From: Octopus vulgaris
Taxonomy: Eukaryota
Assembly: GCA_951406725.2 (NCBI GenBank)
Contig: OX597815.1
Coordinates: 11,904,001 to 11,968,000 of the forward strand
Reading direction: 5' to 3'
Length of the DNA: 64,000 nt
Below are positions 24,998-38,048 of this stretch, piece after piece. The position numbers and the translations under genes are program-made. How positions within the stretch are numbered: the first letter of the stretch is position 1; every line of letters starts with the position of its first letter. The notes under the pieces were generated by a model. The model made no database searches. It was given only the letters and a program-made list of their open reading frames with translations, and was not told where the DNA came from.

Positions 24998-26469
24998 ACA
25001 GTCGTACTATATTATTGTTCTTGAAGTATTTTGTTTTATATACACAAATGAGAATTATTGTTACACTATTTTTTAAATTTAATAATTATTTTATATTGAA
25101 AATTAATATTCATTTCATTTGTTTGCGTAACAATGTGAAATTTGGAAAAATTAAAATTATAATTAATCGACTACTATTAGCCACTGTGTTAGAAGTTATC
25201 CCCAACATTACTCATCGTACGAAAGGTAAGACACAAGATGAATGTATGTGCACGTATGTCTACCTGTATGTCTGTCTGTATGTGCACGTGTGTTTATATA
25301 TGTGTATGCATGCGAGTGTGCGTGATATGCGTGTACAAGGGGTGGAGAGAGAGATGATAAAAATATTATAGCATACACATAGAGAAAAAGAGAGAGTGAG
25401 ATAGCCTGTAACAATGCTATCATTATGAATTCTAATGAGTATATCATTCGTATTATTATACATTTTAAAAAATTTATTTTCATTTTTTTTTTTGTTAAAT
25501 TTTATTTTTCATGCGTTATGCAAGAACATTCTAGAAAGGAAACTAGAGAAACTTTTGTGAGTTTCTCTCATTTTTATTCTATTTATTTTATTTTATTTTA
25601 TTTTATTTCATTTTGTTTTGAGTGTTCTTTTTTTTCCTAATATCGTAATTCAATAGCGAAACTATGTTGTTTTAAACTATGTAACTTTTGTAAAAATATG
25701 AAATTAATTCCGCGTCTTTGTAGATGCTGTAATAGCATTGGCAATGTAGAAATTGTTTGGATCACGTAGTTTTATTGGTCATTGGACAGAATTGTGGAGA
25801 CATATTTTCTGAATGCCTCATTATTGATAAGTGAATAGATGGTGATTTGATTTTGTATAAAGACGAAAAACAGTTATTTATTGCAGGTTGTAGTTGTAGA
25901 AAATCCATGTAATATCGAACATTCAGTTTTCTTTCTTCAGGGATTTCATGTTATTCTCTGAAGTAACTTTGTGTTCCGTTCCATTCGCTACACTTTTTCT
26001 ATTACATTTTCCCGTTATATGTGCATGATTATGAAAAAAAAAACAAAAAAAAACAACTAATCTTTAAATAAATCTTTGACGATTTCTATAGATATCCTGT
26101 ATATAAAAAATTGCTTGATAAATACCGGTCATGCAAAATTGCCTGAAGTTGTCGAACACCACAGAAGTGGTGTATACTGGATTTCCCTATTCGTTATGTA
26201 TTATACTATTAATCAAGTTAGGAGCAACGTATTTAATGCAGTTTGGAAAAGAACATAGGAAGAAATACTACTTACACAGAAAAGAGGGGGTAACATAACA
26301 TCGTTGACTAATATTGATTGAACTTTATCTTAACTAGTACAGATGACAACACGGTAAATCCCGTACGTAAAAGACACTCTGAGTTGTCATTCGTACTCGC
26401 CAAGTTCTAATCGAATATTAATTAATTACTAAGCTAATGCTTACTTTTCTTATTTTTAATTTACAGTTA

Positions 26470-27134
<665 letters not shown>

Positions 27135-28904
27135 ATCACCTCTGCTGTTTAGCTGCAAAATATAAACTAATCCAATAAAACTGTGATCAGAGTCGCACCT
27201 GCACTGACCACGACATTTTCAGAGAGAACTATGTATGTATGAATATGTTATCTAACAACCCTCAGGTTTGTAAGAAGCAAATCGAATCTGAAAAGTATTT
27301 AGATTGCAACTCTCAAAGACCAACTGATAATATCGCCTATCTTCAGCTAAAAGTCTATAAAGAAATTTCAAGTGTACAGTGTTGTTGAGCAGCCACTATC
27401 TTGTATTGTAAGGGGTTTTGTACCAGCTTTGAAACCGATTATTAAAATCAATTTACGTCAGAATCTCGAGAAATACATGAATGTTACACAATCTGTACTT
27501 TCTGCATATATACTTCGGAATATACAGCAAGAAAGAGGTATGATGAAGTAGGAATATCTTCAAAAATTCAAGATCACGAGATTGTGAGTTTCTTTTTCAA
27601 AATGATTTCGCTTCCACTGGATCTAAAACTCTACTCACTTTCATATCATTATTTGTGATAATTTATTTGAATGCGATTTCTTACCCTAACATATTTAATC
27701 TGCGATCATGGAAGAAATCACTATTGATATTGTTCCTTAAACATAAAATAAAACGAATCCATCTTTCGAGTGAAATAACTGGGAGATATTTAGTCACAAT
27801 CAGCCTCTTAACAATGAATTTCGTCTCATATTCCATTTTGATTTGTCATATATTGCTGGAAGTCAAAGAGGATTTGATCTGACATTACAACAGGATTTTC
27901 TTTGTCAATTGCGATACGTTTTTACTATATTTCTTTAAGTAGCTCTCTGCAAAAGCTACTTGATATTTAGGGATTTTAGCCGGCTTCTGATTAGCATCAT
28001 ATTAGGATGTAAATTTCTCAGTCAAAAAAAAATTCATTGGTATGTACTTTTATGCGTCTGTCTTTTGCAGTAGATCGTCAAATGCAATTAGTCACTAACG
28101 CATATTTTGGCAAATAAATATTTCCTGCATAGTAATTTGCTGGACAACAATAATTGTGAATATCTCTTTGAGGATGCAAAAGTTCATAAAAGTTTATGAA
28201 CGAAAGCACTCAGAGAGTTCAATGATATAAGCTTCGTAAGATAAAAGTCTTCCATATTAAGAATTGACCATCCTTAAAAAATTCTGTTTGAATTGATTTT
28301 TCGTGGAGTGAAAATGGCAAAACTTTCTCCATTTTTTAGAAACTAAACATATTACATATTTCAGAAAACGTAGATCTCTCGATCATTTAGGTGGCTGCTG
28401 ATTAGCTAGCTTCAATTATCTGCATTGATATGTGAATATGCAAGTGAGTTGTATAATGTGAAGCAGGCATAATAATGTAGACATGTAAACATAATAATAT
28501 ATTGTACAGTGAAATTTTTACGACCTGAAGAAGGCTGTGGAGCAACCATTACCCTAATGAGAACATGTGGTTACATAATTATATTCACTTCTCAAACCTC
28601 GCGACAACTTATGGTTCACACACACATACATACATAGACGCACATACATAATGTACACAATATACAGAGTCGCGCTAATACTAGTTTCTTGCTTTGGTAA
28701 CACGTGTCTAAGCAGACTCTCATAACTTGCCTTGTGTCTCCAGGAATTTCTCATGCTCTGATCACAGGGTGTATTCTATTTGCGAATCAGTACGCTGGTA
28801 TAAGAGAAAGAACAAGTAACACGAATGGAGAATAAAAAAGGAAAAAGAAAAAGGAAGGAAAATGTACTGAACAGTAAGCTATATATAACTATAAGTGTGT
28901 GTAT

Positions 28905-29310
28905 ATTGGTTTCCGTCTTTTAGTCATTGGACTGTGGCCTAACTGGAACACTGCCTTGAACAGCTTTTGGCCATATGAACTGACCACAGTACATTTTTGT
29001 AGAGCCTGGTACTTATTCTGTTGCTTCACTTCACATCGTCTGTCATGGGTTGGGGAAGCGATACATACAGAGTGACGCTATGCATGCATGCACACACACA
29101 TATACATACACAGGTACACGCACACACACATGTAAATATAGAGAGATATACGCACACATATGACAGGCTTCTTTCAGTTTTGGTCTACAACATCTTCTTA
29201 TATTTCTTAGGAGTTATAGTAGAAGATAATTGCACAAAGTGCCACACAGTGGGACTGAACCCAGACCAATTTATCTCGTAAGCAAATTTCGTACCACAAA
29301 GACACGCCTG
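28905..29310 (-). mobile_element. SINE family A, strongly diverged
   Basis: tagtcattggactgtggcc, ggtacttattct, ggcttctttcagttt and gtgccacacagtgggactgaaccc occur in family order. Confidence 0.75.
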
Positions 29311-29758
29311 TATATAATTAATTGTTTTGCTCACAGGAACTCGTGTTTGGTGGAACTTCAATTATCCTATTTGTATATGAAACCATTTGAATATACATAA
29401 ACAATAGTTTTTTCTTCTTTTTTATTATTGCTATATTCGGGGTTCGACTCCCTGTAGTCTTGTTATGTCACGCTTCAGAAAATTTTTAGATCTGTTTCAG
29501 TACATACGGATCTCAGTTTACATTGATATAAAAGTGAATGATTATTTTGTACTACGTCTTTATTTCCGAGATTTGAAATCACATCTCTCTGAAATTCAAA
29601 TGCAGCGTTGACTATTTCAACAGAATACAATGATGATGATGATAGAGAATATTAGAATTATGAGATACCTGAAAATACATTCGATCTGGTATGGAAATCA
29701 CCAATTTCTTATTTCACAGCATTTGTTCCTGAAATTAAAGCCCTCCTTCCCTTCCTCC

Positions 29759-29796
29759 TCACCACCACCACCACCACCACCACCACCACCACTATC

Positions 29797-29890
<94 letters not shown>
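29759..29890. repeat. (CCA)n(TCA)n microsatellite
   Basis: Directly visible. Confidence 0.95.
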
Positions 29891-31537
29891 CCTCCCCATC
29901 ATCCTCCTCATCATTCAGAACTTCATGTTCACGTACAGCTTGGTCCCTCTTATATTGTCCTGATTCACAACCCAACTTTAATTTTTATGACATATGATAG
30001 TTGCTCCTCTTTATCATTTTTAGTCTTTTAGGTGATCGATATATACATAGGGTGCCATTTTTGAGATTGCCAATATACAATATCACAAATAAGCTCTTCC
30101 ATTCTAGTACCGAAATGCTAGCAGTTCGAACTCATTTTATTTTGATGGTGCTTGATATATTACGAGCTGACTAAATATGTTTTGGTAAATATATTCTTCC
30201 TAGAACATAATGAAGACAACACAAAAGATATCCATTATATCCCATATACTGAGTTGATTTCTTTTGTTCACCTCTGTTAAGATGTCTCATCGTCTATACT
30301 TTATCACTTTATGATACATATTTTATATTTACCAATTGTCAGGAATGTGAACAGTTGTTAACCGCCATAGAGAAGCGTCATGGATATTTCGCTCGATTGT
30401 GATTCCGAATTTCTACTTGGATAGTATTGGATAAACTGTGAGAAATGAGGTTAGCGTTTTAAACCAAAATTGATATCATAAACTGGTTCTGTATCCAGTA
30501 AATGCAATTAATTAGCAATACAATCCTTAAACGGGGTAAATAACCTTAAGTAGATCATTATGATGACGGAATCATTAGTTTATATTTACACATGTTTGAA
30601 TGCAAAATATACATGGAAGTGTCATGTCGTTTCCAGGTATTGTTTAATGGTAGTGATGATGTTCTCGCTTTCTATGGTTTACTTTTTATGATTGAAATTT
30701 CCCGGTTAGAGTAAACTGAAAGAGATTTTGTCATTCATAAGAGTTATCGCGAACCATTCACGAAAATATTTGACTCAATGTACTAGCTTGACCACACATG
30801 AATAACAGCTAAATTTCATGAAATCTTACTCCCACGTTAAACAGTGAACAACACATTTATAATTGTAGGTATAAAGAAGATGGAATCATGATGTTGAGAA
30901 GTCCGTAGATCGAAAATCTGTTCAGTAAGGTATCATGTGTTAAACGGCAGCATCTCTTATATTATAGATATAAGTGACTTAACACAACGTTGTAAGACAT
31001 CGAAGCGCTGTCAGCTCCAGTCAAGCAAATATCAAATACAGCCTACTGATATATATATCTATTCCCTCTTCCGACATTTTATCTATGACTGTAAGATCCA
31101 GGGTTCTTTCATTTGTAATATTGTAAATTGGATTACACATGGCTAGGTTTTGTCAGCTATACACTTCACGCATTCGCTACTACGGATTGATAACAAAATC
31201 TGACACGTATCAAGTTCGTCTTACCTAGTTGGTGGTTAAAAAAAGCCACTGTTGAGTCTTTACACACTTTCAGCTGTCAGTCCAATGATATAAGATTGTG
31301 AATATTACATTTGAATAACATAGTCAACTTACAGTAGCTTTGTTACTCATGTAACCTTTTATAGCTATGAATACTTTATTTTACTTCAGAAAGCAATACC
31401 TTGAATATGGAGATAGCTCTCATACTGATTATGTAATATGAACCAGCGTTCTTGTAATCAGCACTGGAATACATTAAGAACTCCCTTTGTGACTCCCTCA
31501 GATAGGAGAAAGATATAATATATTGAAAAATATAGCC

Positions 31538-31722
31538 CTATTTCGTCTGCCATTACGTTCTGAGTTCAAATTCCGCCGAGGTCGACTTTGCCTTTCATCC
31601 TTTCGGGGTCGATAAATTAAGTACCAGTTACGCACTGGGGTCGATGTAATCGACTTAATCCATTTTTCTGTCCTTGTTTGTCCCTTCTATGTTTAGCCCC
31701 TTGTGGGTAATAAAGAAAAAAG
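31538..31722 (+). mobile_element. Headless SINE family B unit with a perfect 16-bp TSD, next to the exon donor site
   Basis: Core and type-2 tail match 14027-14260. TSD atatattgaaaaatat at 31518-31533 and 31724-31739. Confidence 0.92.
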
Positions 31723-31744
31723 TATATATTGAAAAATATCTTAC

Positions 31745-31936
31745 CTCTGCAACAAATGCTCTGTCTGCTATAGTATGTTCCGAACCTCGTTCATCTTTAC
31801 TTCCAAAATGGACTTTTAGATTCGCTGCGCGATAAGTATATGATAACGGACCCATGCTAATATTGACTCCCCATTGACTGGTTTGGTCTACTTCAAACGT
31901 CAGATCATGGCCGTTATTAACAAGTGAGCCGACGAC
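31745..31936 (-). CDS. CA10: Internal coding exon (64 codons) of an alpha-carbonic anhydrase-related protein, CA10/CARP-X-like, probably acatalytic
   Basis: Minus strand has the acceptor ttttgtttttacAG|GTC and the donor GAG|GTAAGA. The 192 nt read VVGSLVNNGHDLTFEVDQTSQWGVNISMGPLSYTYRAANLKVHFGSKDERGSEHTIADRAFVAE, containing the alpha-CA motifs NNGH, GPLxxxYR, HFGS and GSEH. VNISxGP and xHFGS are typical of CA10/CA11. Orthology is recalled, not computed. Confidence 0.88.
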
Positions 31937-32799
31937 CTGTAAAAACAAAAAAAATAAGAAAAATATCTGTAATTAAGGGTTTTGTATGTTACCAACAGCT
32001 TTTGAGGAACATTATTTCGTTTAGTACTTGAATAGAAAATGACATTTCTGTAGTTGGATGTACACTAATATATTAAACCACATATGCATATAAATATCGT
32101 CCAACAAATCTGGTGAAAGTCTACTTCTGCAATAAACAGGCTTTGAAGTTCACGGGTTTAGCTCAGTGTGTTTGTTGCGAGGAATGTAATGTCATATTAC
32201 AGAACTGACATTCATGAGATGTAAACGATTATTTGAATAAGAGGTTTAGAAAGTACCAAAGTTCCAAGACGATAACACTCTAGAAAATGTCTCAAAGTAT
32301 AGTGATTCTCTGTAGTAACTGAAAAAATAATTACAGATAATAAGAAATCAGTAAATCACAGATGTTATAATTATATGGATGTGTGTTTGCAAGAGCGTGC
32401 GTGTGCGTATTTGGACGATATGGAAATAGTTTGACGGATATATAATTAACGGCCAATGGGTACATATCATTATATCTGGTATGCACACGAGGAAGACTAT
32501 TTAAAATAACTTTACGTAAGAGACAAGGTTTTAGGTTGTTTGAAAAAAGGAATAAGGGATTGTAAGTAGGTGTGAGTGGCTAATGACTAAATCTCAATAG
32601 GAAAAGAGTGGAAGAAGGGGAACTGTCGGTAGTGGATCCGTGACCGTATAAATTTTGATGAGTGAAACGTAATGAATCGAAAAAAAGTTACGCACATAAC
32701 GCGGGGCCAGTCAGTTTTGCATGTAAGTGAGGCATTATCATACGTAGAGATAAACCCCTCTGCTTTATGATTATGAGGATGTAATGGGCTATGATTTCA

Positions 32800-34030
32800 T
32801 TTCAGAAAATATCTGCTACAGAAATTTAGTACTTCAGTATACAACGCTTGCCGGAAATTACCGAAGCCACAATCTAGATACCTATTGCCATTCACTGCAA
32901 CATCTAGTCCCTTTAAACTGTCAAGTCTGATAAACGGAAGCCGTTTAGTGTTCACAAAAAAAGCAATTTTTGCAGAATTCTTCTTTCCTTCACTTCTTAG
33001 AATTCTCATGAGGAACACATCCACAGTGCTGTCAGCTGCGCATCAAACTCCACTGCTTATGTTGGGTAAACTTCCTCCAAATATATCTCTTTTGATTACC
33101 ACGCGAAATCACCCCTGCTAAAACTCTCCGGCTATGAACGCATCCAGGTCTTGTTTCTCGAATTTAAGGCTTCTTGTAAGTTTGTACTATTGCGACGTTG
33201 GTAGATGTTTGATGCAACTGGCTACTCACATTAACGATTATGCGTTCATTTTCCCCCTATAATACATTTTCTATACTTCAACTTTCTTGCTGTCACTTCT
33301 GAATGTATCAACTCTACGCAGATAATACTACTCTTAATTTTTCCTTAAACAGCTCATGTAAAACTCTGCACAAATTCCATGAACAGAGAACTTAAAAGAA
33401 TTTTCTAGTGGACCTTTCTTTCAATATTTTTTTTTCTTTAGATACATCGCAAAAGACTAAATTCATGCAATCACTTAGTATCAAAGGCGTTATCTCATCT
33501 CTGCCGTCGAGATGTGTCGAAAACTGGATTTTCCTGACTGGCCTACCTATGCAAATCCAGAAAATATGTTAGTCTCCAGCAATTTGTCACCCTACAAAAG
33601 AACACTATTGCGACTCACAACGAAAGCCTGCTCTTAGATTTCGGATGATACTATTACATACTCTGGTGGGTTAGACCTCATCTTCAGAGAGGTCAAGCAA
33701 TTAATACGAAGTCTAACACAAACACACTAAAATAGCCAGGTGCGCAGTCTCCTTTCTCGCCTTTCAACTCTTACTGCAGTGAAATCTGTTTTCACATCGA
33801 GCTGAGGAACTGAACCCTCCATTAAGGCGTCCCCAACCCACAGACTTCTCTTCCTCTCTTCACTCATATTGTCACGACTCGAAATTTAGGCTAAACTGTG
33901 ATGATTACATTGTGTTCGGTCTGCTCAAGTCAAAACCAACTGGAAAGAAATCTCTGCACTTTCTTTACTTGCAGCTATTAGCTTGCAATACTTGGAGCAG
34001 AATTGTATCAATCTCGACAATCTTGGATAG
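32800..34030 (+). mobile_element. Very old LINE RT remnant (Jockey/L2 group, clade uncertain)
   Basis: QLYADNTTL at about 33308 (YADD box), and downstream SPFSPFNSYCSEICFHIEL resembling LSLFYRYYxGxCSxEL. Heavily disrupted. Confidence 0.5.
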
Positions 34031-34614
34031 ACCGTAAAGGTTATTAACATTTCGTTCAGAAAAGCATAACATAATCACGTTATATTGTTTGTCGTATGCA
34101 ATCAGGTGCGACTGATTTATTCCATTTCAAATTTATCTACATTATTTTCCACTTCAATGTCGTGTGCAGGTTCGCCGAAAACCGTTTGTTTTTTCCTACA
34201 TGGTATTCTCAAACGTTAGAGCAAGTTAGCAGTATACTTATCAAATAGATCACCATTTAATATAACTATATTTCTTGTATATCCTACATTTTCTGTAAGT
34301 ATCTACACACAAACCCCAACCCCGCTTTCAAACATTTCTTCCAATCATTTGCCATGTTGGGCCGTTTTAATCTACATTATCTCTTTGTTTATTTTTCCTT
34401 ATTCCTCTCTGTTTTGAAGAGCGGAGGCCCGAACCGTAACAGACTTTTTTCCGTGAGAGTTAATCAACTAAGGGAAACTACCTATCAAATGTACTGCTGG
34501 TATTGTGCCCAATTATCCATACCCAAGTACTGGTTAGCTGGTTATTGCGTGGCAATTTTGCAATTGAGTGTCATATATGGGCAGGAGTAAAAAGCGGTTT
34601 ACCCTTAATTTATA

Positions 34615-35067
34615 AGGCAAAAAGAAAATGGAAGGGATACAAAAGAGACAAAAAACACATCAGCCGGTAGACATTCTATTATGTCTATTGATTCAAAAAG
34701 AAAAGGGAATATCATAAGAATACAAACATATGCAAAGACTGTGTGCTACACAAATATATGCTAGTAATGCTAGTAATACGTGGTGTATAGGTGCGACGCA
34801 TTTCACCATTTGAAATATTCTGGCAATGAATTGCTTAATCACGTTCAGTAAATTGATACTTTTGAATAAATCAGGAGTAACACTCATATACATTTACTTG
34901 TATCACTTACCTTGTTGTAGTGCTCCTGTCTATTACCTATCACTAGTATATATTTGTGTAGCACACAGCCTTTCGATGTGCATGTATTGTTATAATCCAG
35001 CCTTTTGTGTTAGATATAATAGAATGTCTACCGGCTTATGTATATCACCTCCATTTTCTTTTTGCCG
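34615..35067. mobile_element. Foldback MITE with about 150-bp inverted arms and TA flanks
   Basis: ggcaaaaagaaaatgga...agccggtagacattctattat...ctgtgtgctacacaaatatat on the left is mirrored by atatatttgtgtagcacacag...ataatagaatgtctaccggct...tccattttctttttgcc on the right. Confidence 0.88.
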
Positions 35068-35072
35068 TATAC

Positions 35073-35159
<87 letters not shown>

Positions 35160-35164
<5 letters not shown>

Positions 35165-35317
35165 AAACAAAAAAAACATCAAAGCGAGGATGTAGTACAT
35201 GTAAAGTAGACGCTCAGGGAAGGTAAGGAATTTGGTTTTGCGTTTCGAGCAAAGCTCTTCTTCAGAAACAGAGGAAAGTCCAATATAAAAGGATGAGTGA
35301 GGAAAAAATCGCCAACG

Positions 35318-35322
<5 letters not shown>
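35160..35322 (-). mobile_element. Short hammerhead-bearing element (family H1), cleavage triplet mutated
   Basis: Minus strand gttt-CTGAAGA-a-GAGC-ttt-GCTC-GAAA-C-GCA-aaac (35235-35269). Microsatellites on both sides. Confidence 0.8.
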
Positions 35323-35392
<70 letters not shown>

Positions 35393-36789
35393 CATATATG
35401 TTTATGTATATAATAGTATTAATCTAGCTTTCCTCCACTCTTTCATTCTAGCCGTCTTTAACGTTAAGTTTTAGAGCTATCGTAGGCTTTTATGTAGATC
35501 TAATTCATTCTACCCAGTATTCATGGCTATTAATGTTGAAGAAAACTTTCTGGCGATATTTGGCTAGAAATGAAAAATAACAAAGAAAAAAGAAAAAAAG
35601 CCGACTTGTGGACTGGCTCGTCATATCTCTTACTGTCTTAAGTTAAATAATCTTGATTGACTGCATCATACTTTATAGATCATAGTTTCCAACTTACGTA
35701 TTTTAACGATATGCATGGAAAAGCGGCATTTCTTTTTATATTTCGACTCTGGATACAGTTAAGTATATTCTAAGTATGTTATGTTTTAGATCCACCTACA
35801 TATTTTGCACTATATTAGTTTATAAAATACCCGGAGCTTTGGCATATTCGATAAAACGATAAAGAACATAGCTTGCCCGATTTAAATCTTCCTCACGTAA
35901 ATATTCCTATTCCTCTTTATAGATGACTATCCATAGTGTAAGTTTTTGGAGTCGTGGGTCATCAACAAGGTGAGTAAAATCATATCCATTGAGTGATACA
36001 AGTAAAAGCATATAATTTGCATATCTTTGTAATATACATTTTCAATTTCAAGCAAAATTGCGTAGGCATAAAACAAAGGCGATGAGAACCACTTTATTTA
36101 TGGTCAGACCGTCGGCGGCAACCAGCAAAAGAGGCTAACCAGCAATTTTACCTAGTGTGCTTCGTTAGAAGTTAGCATTTTTGTCGGGTACCCAACATGA
36201 TGATAAGTAGGACATATCAAACTGAGGATGAGAGTCAACAGCCATCAAACACCGAGAAAAGGAAAAGCAAAAAGGAAATATTTTTTAAAATACACTCATT
36301 TCGCAACAAACTTATTGAGTAAATAACGAAGTGGAAGAAGACGTAATATTCTTTTCCATCACTTTATTTATGATACTTACATAAAAATGCATCAAATTTT
36401 CAATGGAGAAAAATAAGAACTAACGCTTGTATATGACGATGTTATTTCATTTATTAGCTGGCCATTTCGTCATTGAGTTCATATTCATCTATTTGATTTG
36501 CCGCTGAGTTGTCTTATGTATTTAACATTATAATTTATACCTTCCATGTTTTTACCTAATTCACTTCAATGCTGAATGTGGTGTTTTATATCAATTATCA
36601 ATTCTTAATAGACATGACTAATTCCTATTTCCGTTTCGAATTTGCTTACAAATCCTTGAGTTATTTTAAAAAATGAAATACGTTGTTAATATTGATGGCT
36701 GCATAATTTACAAATAAATTTTCACTTCCTAATATTTTATGTATTACAAATATATATTTGATTCTCAGATCATGTTTATAAAAAAAATT

Positions 36790-37386
36790 ATGAGTCGTAT
36801 AGCAGTGATTGATGCATTTATAGCGCTATTATTTATGTTATACGTGTTCTTTCATAGTAATCATATCATATTCGTATATTTACTTAGAATTGCTATATAT
36901 TATTCATCATTTAAATATTTATCTGTTGTTTATTTCGCTTGTTGTTTACACTCGATATAAAAACCTATCCGTATTCAAATTCTTATTTGTTATGAGATTG
37001 TTTAGAAAAACCTGGGATATCCCTTATTTTTAAGGGGAAAAGGAGACGTGTTTTGAAATATTCTACAAAGATTTTAGAATTCGTTTCACATGTGACTTCA
37101 TAAAGAGTTATAACTTGCAAAATGGCCTCTAAAATGCAAGGGAGACGTGCTTGTTACCGTATGTGTAGCATTAATGTAACAAGAATATCAAAGACCACCA
37201 AACACACTGAAAATTCTAACACCCATACTCGGTAACGGATAGAAAATGAACATCACTGGAAATAAAAATAAACTGAATGAAAACAAAACACAAGAAAATC
37301 AACGTCAAGATATGATTACTATGAAAGAACACGAATAATATAAATAATAGCGCTATAAATGCATCAATCACTGCTATACAACTCAT
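36790..37386. mobile_element. Non-autonomous TIR element with about 79-bp near-perfect inverted repeats
   Basis: 36790-36868 (atgagtcgtatagcagtgattgatgcatttatagcgctattattt...gtaatcatatc) is the reverse complement of 37309-37386, with about 3 mismatches. Confidence 0.88.
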
Positions 37387-37414
37387 TGAATAATATTTAT
37401 ATCCACTGTAGGGT

Positions 37415-37612
37415 CAAGGTGTGAAATTTTGCGGGTGAGGGCTACTCGATTACATCGACCCCATCACGTAACTGATACTTATTTCATCGACCCCGAAAAG
37501 ATAAAAGGCAAAGCCGACCTTGGCGAAATTTGTACTGAGAACGTAAGGATGGACGAAATGATCCAAAGCAGTTTGCCCGGCGTGCTACGGATTCTGCCAG
37601 CTGACCGTCTTA
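37415..37612 (-). mobile_element. SINE family B, diverged
   Basis: tacatcgacccc...atcgaccccgaaaagataaaaggcaaagccgacc...gcccggcgtgcta...attctgccagct. Confidence 0.85.
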
Positions 37613-37646
37613 ACGTTCCATAATATTAGCTCAGAAGTTAACTATA

Positions 37647-38048
37647 GGCGCAGGAGTGGCTGTGTGGTAAGTAGCTTGTTTACCAACCACATGGTTCCGG
37701 GTTCAGTCCCACTGCGTGGCACCTTGAGCAAGTGTCTTCTACTATAGCCTCGGGCCGACCAAAGCCTTGTGAGTAGATTTCGTAGACGGAAACTGAAAGA
37801 AGCCCGTCGTATATATGTATATATATGCGTGTGTGTGTTTGTGTGTCTGTATTTGTCCCCCTAGCATTGCTTGACAACCGATGCTGGTATGTTTATGTCC
37901 CCGTTACTTAGCGGTTCGGAAAAATACCGATAGAATAAGTACTGGGCTTACAAAAGAATAAGTCCCGGGGCCGAGTTGCTCGATTGAAGGCGGTGCTCCA
38001 GCATGGCCGCAGTCAAATGAATGAAACAAATAAAAGAGTAAAAGAGTA
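37647..38048 (+). mobile_element. SINE family A, full length
   Basis: GGCGCAGGAGTGGCTGTGTGG, B box GGTTCAGTCC, CORE-like segment and taaaagag tail. Confidence 0.93.

Noticed and set aside
31655-31948. The 97-aa ORF as a complete gene
   Set aside because: Only 31745-31936 is CA-like and bounded by splice sites. The remainder is intron and SINE read-through.
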